A DNA stretch of 60,255 bases, counting the filler, from Sluysia triapertura (taxonomy: Eukaryota), in NCBI GenBank assembly GCA_046118255.1. It is 4 parts of 4 records of this genome, joined end to end, with 100 filler letters (N's around TTAATTAATTAA, not from the genome) between each part and the next. Parts side by side here need not be neighbours in the genome. Positions count along the whole stretch, not along the records: positions 1 to 11,430 come from JBJNIA010184846.1; positions 11,531 to 22,650 come from JBJNIA010188621.1; 2 more parts are not named here. One strand, 5' to 3'. Shown one piece after another: positions 1 to 13,720 of the stretch. The stretch's first letter is position 1, and each line of letters opens with the position of its first letter. A model generated the notes under the pieces. That model did no database searches and was not told where the DNA came from. It saw only the letters and a program-made list of their open reading frames with translations. The position numbers were made by a program, and so were the translations under genes.

Positions 1-581
1 CTATTTAATGTTTCTTATTGAAGATGCATTGAAGGTTATGACTTCTTGCTTTAGAATAGTGTGAATGTTAAAATGAGTGATAAGTGTGCATTGGTGTTTT
101 GAAAGGTCAAGTTTGATTGCTAGGATTTAATGATAAAAGATCGTGAATTTATAATGTTTGGATTGCTTTGTAGATGTCTGTTAGCTGATTTCGAATGTGA
201 TTGTGATTGAATTGTTAAGAATTAAAAAATAAAATATATTAGATGAATTTTTTAATGTAATTTAATGGTTTTGAGTGTAATTGTGGTTTGGATGTTGTGA
301 GATTGTGGGTTTAATTGATTTTAACGGATGAAGATGTTTTGGTGGATGTAAAAGAGATAAATATGAGAATGTTAAACCGTTCATAAGTATGGTTTTATAT
401 ACAATGTATTGCTTTAATTTATTATTGTTTTATGTTGATTTTAGAATGTAAAAGGCAGGTTTTGAAGGTGAGTGTTATGTTGAAAAGGACGCATGTAAAA
501 GAAGTGTTTTTGATGAATGCTTTAGGAAATATGGGATGTGAATTTTAATAAAATTTATTAGAAAATAGGTTGGCCACCACA
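1..581 (-). mobile_element. Dispersed repeat family copy (TGTGGTGGCCAAC-headed, LTR- or long-TIR-like), truncated by window start
   Basis: Ends in GTTGGCCACCACA at 569-581. The reverse complement is A/C-rich and shares blocks (e.g. ccacaatctcacaacat, aaaaccattaaat) with copies at ~3790-4400, 5040-6101, 20398 and 55295. Confidence 0.7.
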
Positions 582-1759
582 ATTGTTAGTAAATAAAAAT
601 CAACCAAAAGAAAAACATATTACTTTCATCAGTTTATAAAAGTTTAGTGAATAACAATGTCGATAACAATAATATTCGGTAAGTTTAAGAAGCTTATTTT
701 AATTAATAATCTTGTGTTATATAAATTTAAAAAACGAAGTTTACTAAGTTATCTAATTAAATGATAACTGGAAAAACAAAATTTCTTGATTTTAAGTGGA
801 AATTTTGCTCTGCAATATTAAATAATTGCTGTAAACTTTATTCAACCTTCTTTAAGGTTGAAATAGTTTCCATGACAAAATTATTTTAGGAAAATCTCCG
901 ATAAAATTTCTTCTCTCTTGAAAAATGGTACCAAAATTGCTTTTTTAAAATATTGCGTTTTAAAAATTGTTTCAAATTTATTATGTATCAGTTTATATAG
1001 TAAAATTATCTTTACCTTGATGTAATTTAGATAAAATAAAATTTACGTTTCATTCGTTAGTTTTACAGATTATTTTAATTTTTGAAATTATTTTATTTAA
1101 ATTTAATAATTTAAAATCAAAATAACTTGCATAAAATTAATTCAAAATTTATAATTCACAAAATAATTTGTACCAAATAATATAATATAAAATCACATAA
1201 ATTTGATACTTTGATACTGACAATGCGTAGATTCGAATTGATAATTCTTATTAGATAGTGCAAGCAAATTAATGAATTTTTGATACAGTAATATTTAAGA
1301 TGCAAGAATATTAAGAAAGTTATTAAGTTAATGGTACGATTTGTTTTTGATAGAATGATTTGTTTACTTCGATAGAATATATAACATACCTGTTAATTCT
1401 ATTTTTAAATTAATCTGCATAATAGGAAATCTTAAACTACTGGGTTTATCAATTCCACTGTGGTTTATAATCAATGTTTCTTTATGAATTACATAGAAAT
1501 TAATATTCTTGGATGGATTAATTAATTTTATAAAAGATTTAAAGTACAGCTCTATAAAAATTATATATTCTTTAAATATTCTTTAAATTATATACTCTTT
1601 ATATAGTTTTTAAATATTTTATTCGCATTTACAGAAAATGGGAAACTAATTGGCACATAAGAATAATTTTCAACAACTTTATCACAAAACTTGAATATAA
1701 AACGATATATAATAGATTAAAAATATAAATATTTACCGTTATAAAATTTTTACTTTGCA

Positions 1760-1966
1760 TTTATTATTTTCATATAGTAGAATGCCTTTACAAATGATAA
1801 GATTATTGGTTTTAGTTCTCGTGATAGATTTTGATGAGTTATGATTCATTTCACTGTAATAATTGCATTTTTTATAAAGAGTGGTAGCCAATTCTCTCTG
1901 AACTAACGTGGTTTCTTCATATAAAAACCGATAAATGATGATCGCCAACTTACTATCACATGGTAC
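1760..1966 (-). mobile_element. Possible degenerate retroelement integrase zinc-binding region
   Basis: Translation VPCDSKLAIII...TTLYKKCNYYSEM...IICK loosely follows the spacing of Gypsy integrase H2C2 regions (VP..R..IL / T...L..YYW..M...C). Key His residues are missing. Confidence 0.2.
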
Positions 1967-2827
1967 TTTGAAGGATATATAACCGAAACAGTCATTTTTG
2001 GGTGGTTATAGTACAGTATTCATAAGAAAATATTCTTTAAATATGAGAAGTCTAATTTTAAATAATATTTAATACAATTATTCTTTTGTTTTATTGATAT
2101 TATTAGACAACATAATAGTAAATTCCTTCTTAATAAAAAAACAGTCTCAACAAGAATATATATATTTTAATTTTTTGGTGTTAAAAAATTTTTTATTAAA
2201 AAAATTTACTTTATTATTTTTATTTGGATCGTAACACAAAACATTCAGGATAATAGTTAGATTTTCAAATTGGTGAGCTTTATACAAAATGAAAAATTAG
2301 GATTATAAAAATTCAGATAAAACTTATTATTTTATTTTTTATGTGAGTATGCCACATTAATTTGTATTTACTTTTATTTTTAGATTTTTAGCTCAAACTG
2401 GCATTAATGTAACTGAAAAGAATATATGTATATATGTTATTGGTTTGTTTTTTTGATTCTATTAACGAGGCACGGAGGCCATTTTATTTTACGCTTATAA
2501 AATTTATTATCATAATTATGGAGCTGGTTTTAAATGATACTGTCTTAAATTGTAAAATGTATAAGGCGTATTATTTTGTTTTCGTTAAATGAAATATAAA
2601 GTGTTAATATAATAATTAGTGAGTTATGTTTTGGTCCACCACAATTGCAATTATAATTATTTTAAAACAATTATAATTTATTATTATTATTTTCATTATC
2701 ATTATTATTATTATTATTACAAATTGTGGCAGAAACCTAGAAAGTTCATAAAATGATAAAATGGGAGTCCATCATTTTAATGAACAATATTGACAAATAA
2801 TATTTAAAGTAATTTTGTAATATTTAA

Positions 2828-2998
2828 CACTAGAAGGACCAAGTACGTCAAATGACGCAAATAACATATTTGAATAATGTCATCGCCGGAGTTTACGTGG
2901 GAAAATTATGAAAAAAATACGACGATGTCATAACCTTAATTTTGAAAGGTTAAAGCACGTGGGCTTTCTAAGTATTGAAAATTATGGCCCTTCTAGTG
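2828..2998. mobile_element. piggyBac-type MITE (171 bp)
   Basis: 13-bp TIRs CACTAGAAGGACC / GGCCCTTCTAGTG (1 mismatch), flanked by TTAA on both sides (2824-2827, 2999-3002). Confidence 0.85.
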
Positions 2999-3789
2999 TT
3001 AAAAGTATTTTCTAAAGTATTTTAATATTATATAATGTTTCTATTTAATTTATCGAAGAACACCTACAATCATAAATGTAAAGTTTCATTGAATATTCTA
3101 AAAATGCTCAAAATGAAATTGTTTTAAAATGTAAAATAATGTGTAAGGCGTTTTAATGTAAATTTTAACTGCTTTAACTAGTTTTATGAAAATTTTAGTT
3201 TCCAATATTCTAAATGATTGACAAACTGCTACATAAGCAGTTATGTTTTTGTAGGAAAATTAGAAACAGAAAAGACAAAAAGCAAAATGAAAAGAGAGAA
3301 TACCAAAAAGAAGTTCGAAAACGTATTAAGCTTTAGGAACAGTGAAAAACAGTGAGTTTGAGGCTTATTCTTCAGCAGCTGATTAAACTGAATAGTAGGG
3401 TAATTTATCAAGGTTAGTAACTTGCATTTATTATTGTTAATACGAGGGCCAACATTTATTAATATTAAGTTGAGCCTCCCAAAAAAATCAATTTATCAGT
3501 AGCTTAAAATTAAAATTAAGAGAATAATAAAATATTTAACTTAAATTATTTCAAAATAATTCGAGCAGGAAGTCTCCCAAAAAATCAATTTAACAATGGC
3601 TTAAAAAATTATACTAACAGTAACAAAAGTTAACTAAAGATTTCCCAAAAAAGTTATTTTTAATAATAATTAAAATAATACAAAAATTTAAAACCTTAGC
3701 ATAGTTATGGATTTTATTAATAATTGTTTTTAGCTGACTGTGTGATTGTATTGTAAAATTTTTAAGTTTTTCCAATTTTAACATTTAAC

Positions 3790-4341
3790 ATTTTACTTTT
3801 TCAGATTCATTAAAATCCTTTTACATTTCAAAACATTTTAAATTCACAATCTCATAACATTAAAATTATACTTACATTCAAAACCATTAAATGTACATTT
3901 CACATTTTATTTAAAACACTTTAAGTTCAGTCATTAACACCACTGAAAAATATTAAATTCACATTTCAAAATCATTTTTAAACGTTACAATCAAAATGGA
4001 ATTTCTTTTAACATCTTTAACTACGTTGTCACTTTCTTTATAGTCTTTACCGCTTAAATTCCTTTTCAAAGACAATATGAAGTAAAAGATATTCCGAAAG
4101 AGTTTATGTCTAAAGAGCGTTACAATAAGATTTTATTTCAAGAAATTTATATATTTTCAAAGAATTGATAGTCAGGAAATATTTCAAAGAAAAGAAAATA
4201 ATATTAAGAAGGATTTATGCTTATATCTTTTTGTAATTTTATTTTCTTTTTTTGTTATTATTATTGTTTTTATTTTATTTTGTTTATTGTCAATTTCATT
4301 GTATTATTATTAGTAAGTTCATTATTATTATTGCCATGTTT

Positions 4342-4375
<34 letters not shown>

Positions 4376-4620
4376 ATGTTATTTTAATTATTTTAAAATG
4401 TTATTTATATAATCCGTCATTAGCTGACACTTTTAATTAAAATTTATTCAAATCATCTTATTAACTGTCGACTAATGACAGTTACTATGTACACAATTCT
4501 ATTTTTGATTTTTAATTAATGAATAGTAATCCACTTTGCTGACTGTTAATTAATAACAGTTTTTTTTGATTGGCTTAATTAATTATTTAGTAACAAAGAA
4601 TGAATGAATAGTAATACAGA
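3790..4620 (+). mobile_element. Dispersed repeat family copy (5'-truncated)
   Basis: Co-linear with 55480-56160 (aaaacattttaa..cacaat.tcataacat, caatcaaa..gg..tttctttaacatcttta.tacgt, then an (att)n-rich tail). Its 3' part shares the ACTGTC..GACAGT palindrome and TGATTGG with 45120-45222. Boundaries approximate. Confidence 0.6.
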
Positions 4621-4728
4621 CACAAAAATTCTCGCAATTCTAAAAAAAGTTAAAAATTTTTATAGATTTTTTAGTTTAAAAAGAATAAAAAGAAAACATC
4701 AATAGTAACAATTTTATTCTTATATTTA

Positions 4729-4917
4729 ATGAATTCATTAAACCAAAACTACCAAATGAATTATCTAAGTCGAATAAATGGCTCTAAAAGAATGCATATT
4801 TCAAATATTCCATTCGGCTATCATGAAATGGATTTAAAACAACTATTGAAAGACTACGATGTAATTCTAGATGTGTAAATTATTTTTAATAAAAAAGGAT
4901 CAAAAGGATTCGACTTT
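4729..4917 (+). pseudogene. RBFOX: Rbfox/Fox-1 family RRM fragment (pseudogene)
   Basis: Translates ...GSKRMHISNIPFGYHEMDLKQLLKDYDVILDV*IIFNKKGSKGFDF, matching the Fox-1 RRM ([44 protein letters not shown]). In-frame TAA at 4876-4878 replaces Glu. Similarity ends within RNP1. Confidence 0.85.
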
Positions 4918-5039
4918 AAAAATATAGTTGAAAAAATTGTGAACACCAATTGTTAATTTTTTAAAGTATAAATCGCGAATAATAGCAATTGCAATTGAGC
5001 TTTGTTAAAGAAATTCTGACCAGTATTATAAAAAAATTA

Positions 5040-6101
5040 ATTGATCATGTATTACATCGCAATTGTTGATTGGTCATCCAACCAACAGTGTTTTCATAAT
5101 AATAGTTGTGCTTGATGATTTAGTTGGATGACCAATACAAATTAACAGAAAATGAGGAGAAATAATTGATCGATTTACAAACCACTATCAGTGGTGATAT
5201 TATCTGTCAGTGTATGTCAATGGAGTTACAAAATTAATGAATTTAATGATTAATTAAGGATATGATATTAAAAATAAAATGATAACAATAATAATAACAA
5301 CAATAATGTTGTTACTATTATTATTGTTGTTGTTATTACTGCATAAATTCTTTATTGTCTTATATCTTTGAAGTTAACATGATATTTCTTTTTGAATCTT
5401 AGTTTTCTCGACATATTTGAAATAATTAAAGGAAATTAAATGTAATTAATGATTTGTGAAAGTTAGGATAGGCTTTATTGTTCAAAATAGTATAATGTTT
5501 CTGGCTAAAATGTTATTAAAGTGTATGTAATTATGACTTAAATATTTTGGAGTAGTGTAACGGGTGAAATGAGAGATGAATGTTTCTTGGTGTTTTGTAA
5601 GAGAGTAATGTTAAAATGTTGGAATTAATGGTACAAGGTCGTGAATTTAGAATGTTTGAATGGCTTTGAAAATGTTTATTAAGTAATCTCGAATTTAATT
5701 GTGATTGAATTATTAAGAATGAAGAATAAAATGTTTTGAATGATTTTTACTGTAGTTTAATAGTTTGAAATGTAATTGTGATTTGAATGTTATGAGGTAT
5801 TGAATACATATTTTAGTGAATTGTTTAATGTAACTTGATGGTATTCTTTGTTATGAGATTGTAGGTTTTAAATATTTTGAAAGTGAATGTTTATTTTGAT
5901 AGATGTGAAGCGAAATGAGATATAAAAGCGATTGAGATGAATTTTACGGAATTGTTATATGTTGTTAAAGAATATGATTTTAGATATGAGTTAGTTTTGA
6001 ATGGATTTAAAAATGTGTAATGTATATTTGGAAGTTTATGAGCTTTTAATATGTTTGAATTTTTTGTGAATTTTTTTAAAATTAGTGACTTGGCTACCAA
6101 A
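5040..6101 (-). mobile_element. Dispersed repeat family copy, inverted relative to the 3790-4620 copy
   Basis: G/T-rich on + strand, ends TTGGCTACCAAA (degenerate TTGGCCACCACA), and aligns with 130-310 (gtcgtgaattta.aatgtttg.at.gcttt...attaagaat). Left boundary approximate. Confidence 0.65.
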
Positions 6102-7554
6102 TTTTTAATAATTATTTTATTATCACAAAAATATAAAATGTTTTTAATGATTAATTTATTATTTTATAGTCACAAAAACTAATTATAAAAAGAACCTAAA
6201 CATTTCATGAAAATTTTTTATAATTATTAATTTATTCATAAAATTATTAAGTTTTAAATTAATTTATTTATAAACATTTTTTTCTTTTTTAACAATTAAT
6301 TATAATTATTAATCAAAAACAAAAATTTTATTTACAATAATAAATCCTCTAGGATCGTCTTCTTGAGGGATATAAAACGAGAATGCAGAATTTAAATTCT
6401 ATTTTGTAGGTATGGGAAATAAATTACAAAAGAAACACTTGCAATATATTTTCATCCGGTTTATTTATTTGTTATTTTCCATGTTACAGTTATATATCAT
6501 ATAGTTATTTATAGTTGCCTTAATTTTATTCTATATAATAGCTATATTTATATCAGTTTTATTACTAATTCGTGTTTTCGCAGTTCAATAGTATTCTTCT
6601 TTATTCTATAGCTCCATTTATCGTTGTTTATTGTAAGCTCCATTTTTTTTCTTTTATTTTCTTTTGAATGTATTTTTTTGAAATATTTCTTTACCATTTT
6701 CAAATTTCTACGTTTTCCTGAGCAATGTATTTATTTAATTAATTATGCTTAATTATTAATGTTTTCTTTACCTAATGATAATAATAATAATAGAAATAAC
6801 AATATTATGTATGCAAATAATAATAATTATAAATATTAATAAACTAATAATAAATATGACACAAATAAATGTAAAAGTATAAATAACAATGACAGTCGTA
6901 ATAAAACTATAAGTAATAAATAACAAGGAAAATAATAATTTTGATAATAATAATAATGATAATATAAATTATAATAAAAATAACAAATTAATAAAATAAT
7001 AAAATTAATGTTTATGATTTTAATGATAGTAAATATAATAAAATATAATATAATAATAAAAAATAATGAAATAACAATAATAAAAATAATAATTAGAATA
7101 ATGATGATATTTATAATAATAATAATAACAAAGATAATGATTATATATATGATATTAACTAAAATAACCTTAAAAAAGAATAATTAAGACATAAATTGGC
7201 GAGAAAAATAAAATAATAAAAACGTATAACAAAACAACTCTTATTCTGCTTCCAAAGTATGTGCCAATAATTTTTACCTATCAAATGTGTACTCAATAAG
7301 TTAAAAAATTATTATTCCAGAAACCGGTACATAAATTTATTTAAAAGTGTTTATTTAAAATAAATCTATCAATCAATTTAGAAAAAATTAGTAATTAATA
7401 GTTAGAAAGAACAATTAAGTTTGTATTGCAATATAAATTTTGTATATAATTAAAAAATTACAGGTACACATTTTTATTTATCTATATTATGAGAATTGCC
7501 ACGTGATTTAATTGTATTTATTATATACTAATAAACTTTGTCAAATTATTTAGC

Positions 7555-9569
7555 ATGAAATTATCTACTTTACTCATACTTTATGGATTCTTGAATGTGT
7601 ATCGAGAAACGGACGCAAAGCAACCCGTACTTTTGAGTTAGTTTGAAATTTTGTTACATTATTTTTTAAAATTTATTTTTCATACTAATTTTTTGTTGAC
7701 ATGAATGTAAATTATATTATAAAACATTTATAAGATTAACTTTTGAAATCCAATTGTATCAAGTTTTATTAAATATTTTATTTAATGTAAAAATATTAAA
7801 AACTCTTTTTATATATTTAGTTCCTGGTGATGGAGGTACACAACTAGAAGCTATGTATGTTGAATCGCCACCACATTATATTTGTGGATTTAAAAATAGA
7901 TGGTTCTTATTATGGCTTAATGTGTACCTAATGCTACCAATAACATTAGATTGTTTCGTTGAAACGGCTAAGTTAAATTTTGATAAAAAAACAAACAATT
8001 CATTAATACCAAGTTTTATTAAATTACGAACTCCACCATTTGGAAATGTTAACTCACTCGAATATTTAAGTAATATCAAATTATATTCGAGTATGTTTTA
8101 TAGTAATTAATTAATAAAATAATTTATTTTAAAATAAAACTGTAAAATTTACGGCATTTTAAAGCAAATCTTATTAGAAAATTAAATATTTCCGTTTATA
8201 TGATAAAAATCTTAACAGTTGGTTAAAAAATTAACGTTTTTATAAATCTCGTTTATATATTTTATATTTAATTTATTTAAGCATCATATTTTTATTATGT
8301 TATCGATAATCTTGTTAAAAAGCATGGATATATCGCAAATAAAGACTTGGTAGGTGCTCCGTACGATTTTCGATATACACCAGGTAATAATTATGGTCAT
8401 AATAATAATGATTCAGATAAAAACAATTTTTTCGATAATTTTAAGAATTTAATTATTGAAACTTATAAAAATAACAATAATCAGAAAATTATTTTAATTG
8501 GTCATAGTTTAGGAAATTTATATAGCATTTATTTTCTGAACAAAATGGATGATAGCTTTAAGAAAAAATACATCCATTCATTTATTAGTGTTAGTGCACC
8601 TTATGGTGGAGCTGTTGATGCAATTCGTACTGCTTTATCGGGTTAGTTTTATTTTTATTGTTATTATCTTTATTGTGCAATAATTTGTTATTGAATATTG
8701 TTTTAATAACTCATAATTATTCAACATTTATCAATTACGTAATCACAAAAACATTCTTATCCATATCTGTATTATATAATAGTCACTTTTAAGTACAGTA
8801 ATTAAGATACAAATTTAGTTTAATATTAATAGTATTATTAACTTAAAAATAACTTAAGTATAGATCATATTTATTTATATACTTAACGTTTCAAAAAATA
8901 TTTTTTTACTATATTTATATTTATTAATTTTTTTTAATTATATTATTTAAATTATAAATTAAATATAATTAATTAATTAATCACAATTAATTAATTTGTT
9001 ATTAGTGCACACTGACATTTCGTAATATTTCGTAATTGATCATTCATTGATAACTAATAACTTAAATTTGTACTCAATTTCATATAGAAAAGTTAGAATT
9101 AATAATAAATCAATCAGCAAGACTAATATTAAAAAAGAAAGGGTACAATTCAATAATAAATGACAATAATTTATAAATGTTTAAACGTATCTTGAAAATA
9201 ATTAAAAAATTCGGAAATAAGAATGAATGCCACTAGGATATCATATTTTATACATAATTCACAGTGATAATAAGATAAGTGATATGTTATATACTATTTA
9301 TGTTTCCAAAATATATAGCGAATATTAAATTACTGAAAAATAAGAAATATTTAAGAAAACGACAAAGTTCTTTCTGTTTCAGAAATATTATAGTGAATGA
9401 TTTATTTTAAGCGCTTGGAGTACTTATTTTGCAGTAGATATTAGCGCAATACTTTAATTAAATATTAAGTATTACTAGACAAGGATTATCAGACTTTGAT
9501 TTGAATTTTGGTCAGTTTTTCAATATAGACAATTTCTAAGTTTATTTATTTCGCACATTCTTTAATAAA

Positions 9570-9600
<31 letters not shown>

Positions 9601-11408
9601 AATAATATAACAATTTAAATATTTTTACATTGAAAATTGAAGTTAGAAAATGTATTAAAACCTTCAATAAAACCTTATTAATAAAAACAAAATAAGCAAA
9701 AATATAATCAAACTTAGGTTTTAGAATATGCTTGCTAAAATATAACTTCTGATAAAATATTAATAGTAATATCGAACACAGTCAATATTGTTAATCATAA
9801 AATCGTATTATGCACACTATTCATTACTATCCTCAATAGTACAAAGAATTTATGTGCAGCATATATAATCCTTCTAAAAAACTAAAATAAAAATCAATGT
9901 AAAAGAATTAATTTGTATAATTAATTACATGAAAATAAATTGTTAGAATGCAGTGATAATTCAGTGGCGATATAAACAAATTTATGGGTAAAAAAAACCA
10001 TTATAACACATAGTTTCTTAAAAGTTAATATAATTCAATAAATATAATTGTTGTTTAAATTTATTCATACTCTAATTTTCAACCTTTGTTCTACTATGTA
10101 ATTGGATCGGGTAAATAGTTCAAGACTTTGATAAAAATTCATTAATTCATATTTTTGTCGAATCAATATGAAATAATTTTTGTTTAAAACGAATCGAATT
10201 TAAATACAATTTTTAAAATTAAATACGTCATATCAATAAACAAAGTTAATGTTTTAATATTATCTTATCCAAATTTATTTACCTTCACATATAATATTTT
10301 TATATAATTAATTAATAATATTAATTTTACTATATTTTAGGAAATAACGAGCATGTTCCAATAATAAAACCAATAAAAGTACGAAGTGCAGAAGCATCAT
10401 GGCCCAGTACCTATTACTTAATGCCAAATATATTAATGCACACAGGAAACAATCCTATAGTTCAAAATGATATAAAAAATTACACTGTTTATGATTTAGA
10501 AAATCTTATGACAGATTCAAAAATTGAAAATTCGAATATTTTATATAGTGTAAGTTAATTTAATTTCCGAATTCGAAAAATCAATTATATTTTCGAAAAT
10601 ATTTTAATTATAAATGTATTATCATATTAAATTAATAAAAATAAGTCTATATCAAAATCAATTAAGTCAAAATCTTAGCTCAATTTTAATTCAATATAAA
10701 AATTAATATATTATTAAATTGCAACATTAAATCCGGATTAAAATTCAACTGAATTATTAATCAAAAATAATATTGAGTCAATTACTGAAAAAGAATTATA
10801 ATATACATGCATAAAATAATCTGGAAAATTAATTACCTTTTTTCCATTATTTTACTGATAAATTTGTACTACTTTTTCAAATGCTTATACAATACCCAAC
10901 GTTATTTAGTTAAAATACATTTTAATTTGACATTAATAATCTACTATAAACAGAGTTATTACAAAACTAAAATATATCAATTTTTATTGATTTTATATTT
11001 AAAAATTTTGAAAAATATTTCATTTATAAACTAATGAAATTAAATTAATGAAACAAAAATTAAAAACATTTTTTTGTTTTTATAATAATTAATAATATTC
11101 GTAAAATGTGTCACCTATTTCAAAAGAAATAAATAAATCTTATATTACTTTGTTGTTATTTTTAATTAAAATACACTTTTAAATAATTATAACTATTAAT
11201 TTTGTTGAATTTAAAATTAAATTTGAAAAATAATATATTTAAATAATATAATTAATATATAATTACTATTTTTCTAGTTATATTCTAAATTCAAACTTCC
11301 TGAACCTCCAAATGTACCAACTTATTGTATATTTTCTGAAGACATGCCAACACCAGAATATCTCATTTATAATGGATTAAAATTTCCTGATGATCAACCA
11401 TATATCAT
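7555..11408 (+). CDS. PLA2G15: Group XV phospholipase A2 / LCAT-family acyltransferase, multi-exon, 3' end missing at the gap
   Basis: Exons 7555-7636, 7821-8090, 8282-8383, 8417-8641, 10341-10549 and 11278-11408 join in phase through GT-AG introns. Signal peptide, PVLLIPGDGGTQLEA, LWLN, GAPYDFR, catalytic GHSLG, SAPYGG, PPNVPTYC and FPDDQP are present. The exons carrying the catalytic Asp/His (GDGTV) were not found after the gap at 11431. Confidence 0.92.
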
Positions 11409-11594
11409 GTAAGAAACGTTACATATAAATNNNNNNNNNNNNNNNNNNNNNNNNNNNNNNNNNNNNNNNNNNNNTTAATTAATTAANNNNNNNNNNNNNN
11501 NNNNNNNNNNNNNNNNNNNNNNNNNNNNNNTATATTTTTAGAGAATTTTTATTTTTATGCTAAATAAATTTCCAGTACATAATCTAAATTAAAA

Positions 11595-12473
11595 TATTAT
11601 GTTGAGAAGGATGAAATTTATAGTTAATTGGTAGTAATAATAATTTTACCGTTCTGTTTTTCATTGTAAGCTGTAAAAAATACTAAAATCGTTTTTTAAA
11701 AATTAATCTTGTTGAAAATGGAACGGTCAGAAATTTGTACTATTATGAAGCATAAATTCTTACGTGGGTCTTCGGAATTACAGACCGCGTGGAGCTTTAA
11801 TATCAAATTGGTTCGCCAAATTTTGCACAGGTAACTTTGACCTTACGAATAAGCCATACGTCGTCGACCAGAATCAAAGGTCACCTGATGATCTCAGAGT
11901 ACATATAAATTATTGTTGAAGTTTGGTGTTAGCGATTAAACAATATTAACTCATTTATCTCAAATCGGTAAAGTACAATTGGGTTCCACATGAACTTAAT
12001 GAAAAACAGAAATAAGAGTGTTTGGAAGATTACTTGATGTTGCTTTCTTGTTGCAAATATTATCCATTTTTGAATTGAGAAATGGATCCAATATGACATT
12101 AGCAAACATTCGGCCGAGTAGTAGAATAAAGATGAATAACCAAAACATACTCCAAAGTGCAATATTAATCAAAAAGTTGATGGTAAATGATTTCATGAAA
12201 TCTGGCTCATTTATTGTACAAAATGATACAAAAATCTACTTTATGATACCACTAGACCAAACGACTAGTGTAACTGGAGGAATTGGAGTTTTAACTTATC
12301 TATTATCCTCCACACTCACTAGAGCTAGTCACTCCTGACTACCACTTCCGCAAGTTGGACAACGTGTTAATATGAAAACAATTTAATTCTGACAATGGCG
12401 TAAAACTGCCCTTCCAGGAATTCAATTCACGAATAAAACAATTCCTTATATGTGTAAGTTATCAACCAACCTT
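11595..12473 (+). mobile_element. Degenerate mariner transposon
   Basis: Frameshifted transposase: N-terminus MERSEICTIMKHKFLRG (from ~11718), the WVPHEL motif (~11981) and PPHSLELVTPDYHL (decayed YSPDLAPSDYHLF, ~12307). TIR-like ends TATTATGTTGAG... and ...CAACCAACCTTA. Confidence 0.85.
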
Positions 12474-13129
12474 ACCTTTTTTTTCTTTCTTGACGACCTG
12501 ATATGTGAATATATAAAAAATGCAATTTAATTTAAGATTATAAATTATAAAAATAGTATCAAATAAAATAGGATTTGGAAATAGGATGTCTTTTATTTTC
12601 AAACTTATAATAAAAGATAAGAAAATTAAAGGTTGACTATGTTTTTCTGTTAATGATTGTTTGACATTTTAAAATCGAGATTACGTTTATTAACCCCTTC
12701 CCTGTTTATTCCGTATATTTACTGGGTAACTAAAACAATCAAACGAAAAAATAAATGTACTCTTCATAATTTTTATAAAGCGATGTCGGAAATATCTTTA
12801 TACACTACTTTTATTATTTTATATTACATTGTATGTTTTATTACCCTGTTTGTCAAGTGTTATTTGTTTTTTTATTAGAAAAAAATTATTTTGCCTTCGC
12901 ATTTTCACTAATAAAAAATAGCCAGTTTTCGACCATATACTTGAAAAATAAATAAAGAAATCTAAAAACTTGTATTATTTTTACTATTAATATTGATACT
13001 TAAATCATGATACAAAAAAACTATTATTTTATTAAAATAAACACTCGTGTATTTAATCAATAGATTTACTTTTTAGAAGAATTGGATAGTCACATTCAAA
13101 ACCACTAAATATATATATAATTCATTATT

Positions 13130-13720
13130 AGATATAATTCCACTTGAACGAAATCTTTAACTGGAATATCTAGCACTTGATACTAATCTCGACTTCATTT
13201 TGAAATTGCCATCCAATAATTAATGCTCAATAAATTTACACAAATTCAAAAGACACGACGTCATAATAGCCCAACTAGACCTGATTGATTTCTCAAACAA
13301 TTATGGCAACGTTTTGACTGATAAAATTCATATTTGACGTTAAACTAACTGAATCTGGTTTATAATGACCGACACATTTTAAAATCTCATCAGTCGAATT
13401 TTGTCTAATTTGACAAGCTGATTACGTTATAAGTTAATCTGAAATCCATTATGTCGGAACCGGATCTTAATTCGTCACAAGTTATGCTATACACCAAAGA
13501 ATTTTTCTCAATCTGAAAAACAAATAAGTGTATTTTAACCAATGTGCTGCTCCTTCCTAAAGCACTCTCGGCATTTAGGTTTTCATTGAGTGAATTTAGC
13601 AATTTAATCTCAATTAGATATTGGAGTTTTAGTTTAGAAACATTATGTGAGCAATCTTCGTTATTCCACGCCTATCTTTATCGAAATGTGGTCGGCTAAC
13701 TTGTTCGAATATTTGTAATA
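13130..13720 (-). mobile_element. Decayed DNA transposon with SWIM-like zinc finger (MULE/Mutator-like)
   Basis: Minus strand reads RCHNC...SGLVGLL*RRVF, resembling the SWIM motif CxC...GLLCRH. The surrounding sequence is coding-like but broken by stops. Confidence 0.35.

Noticed and set aside
4252-4440. Hydrophobic ORF (also 41265-41510 and 10807-11034)
   Set aside because: Translations of (att)n/(tta)n tracts or AT-rich intron sequence.
11431-11530. TTAATTAATTAA between two N runs (also 22651-22750 and 43733-43832)
   Set aside because: Artificial scaffolding linker with stops in all six frames, not biological. Adjacency across these gaps should be treated with caution.
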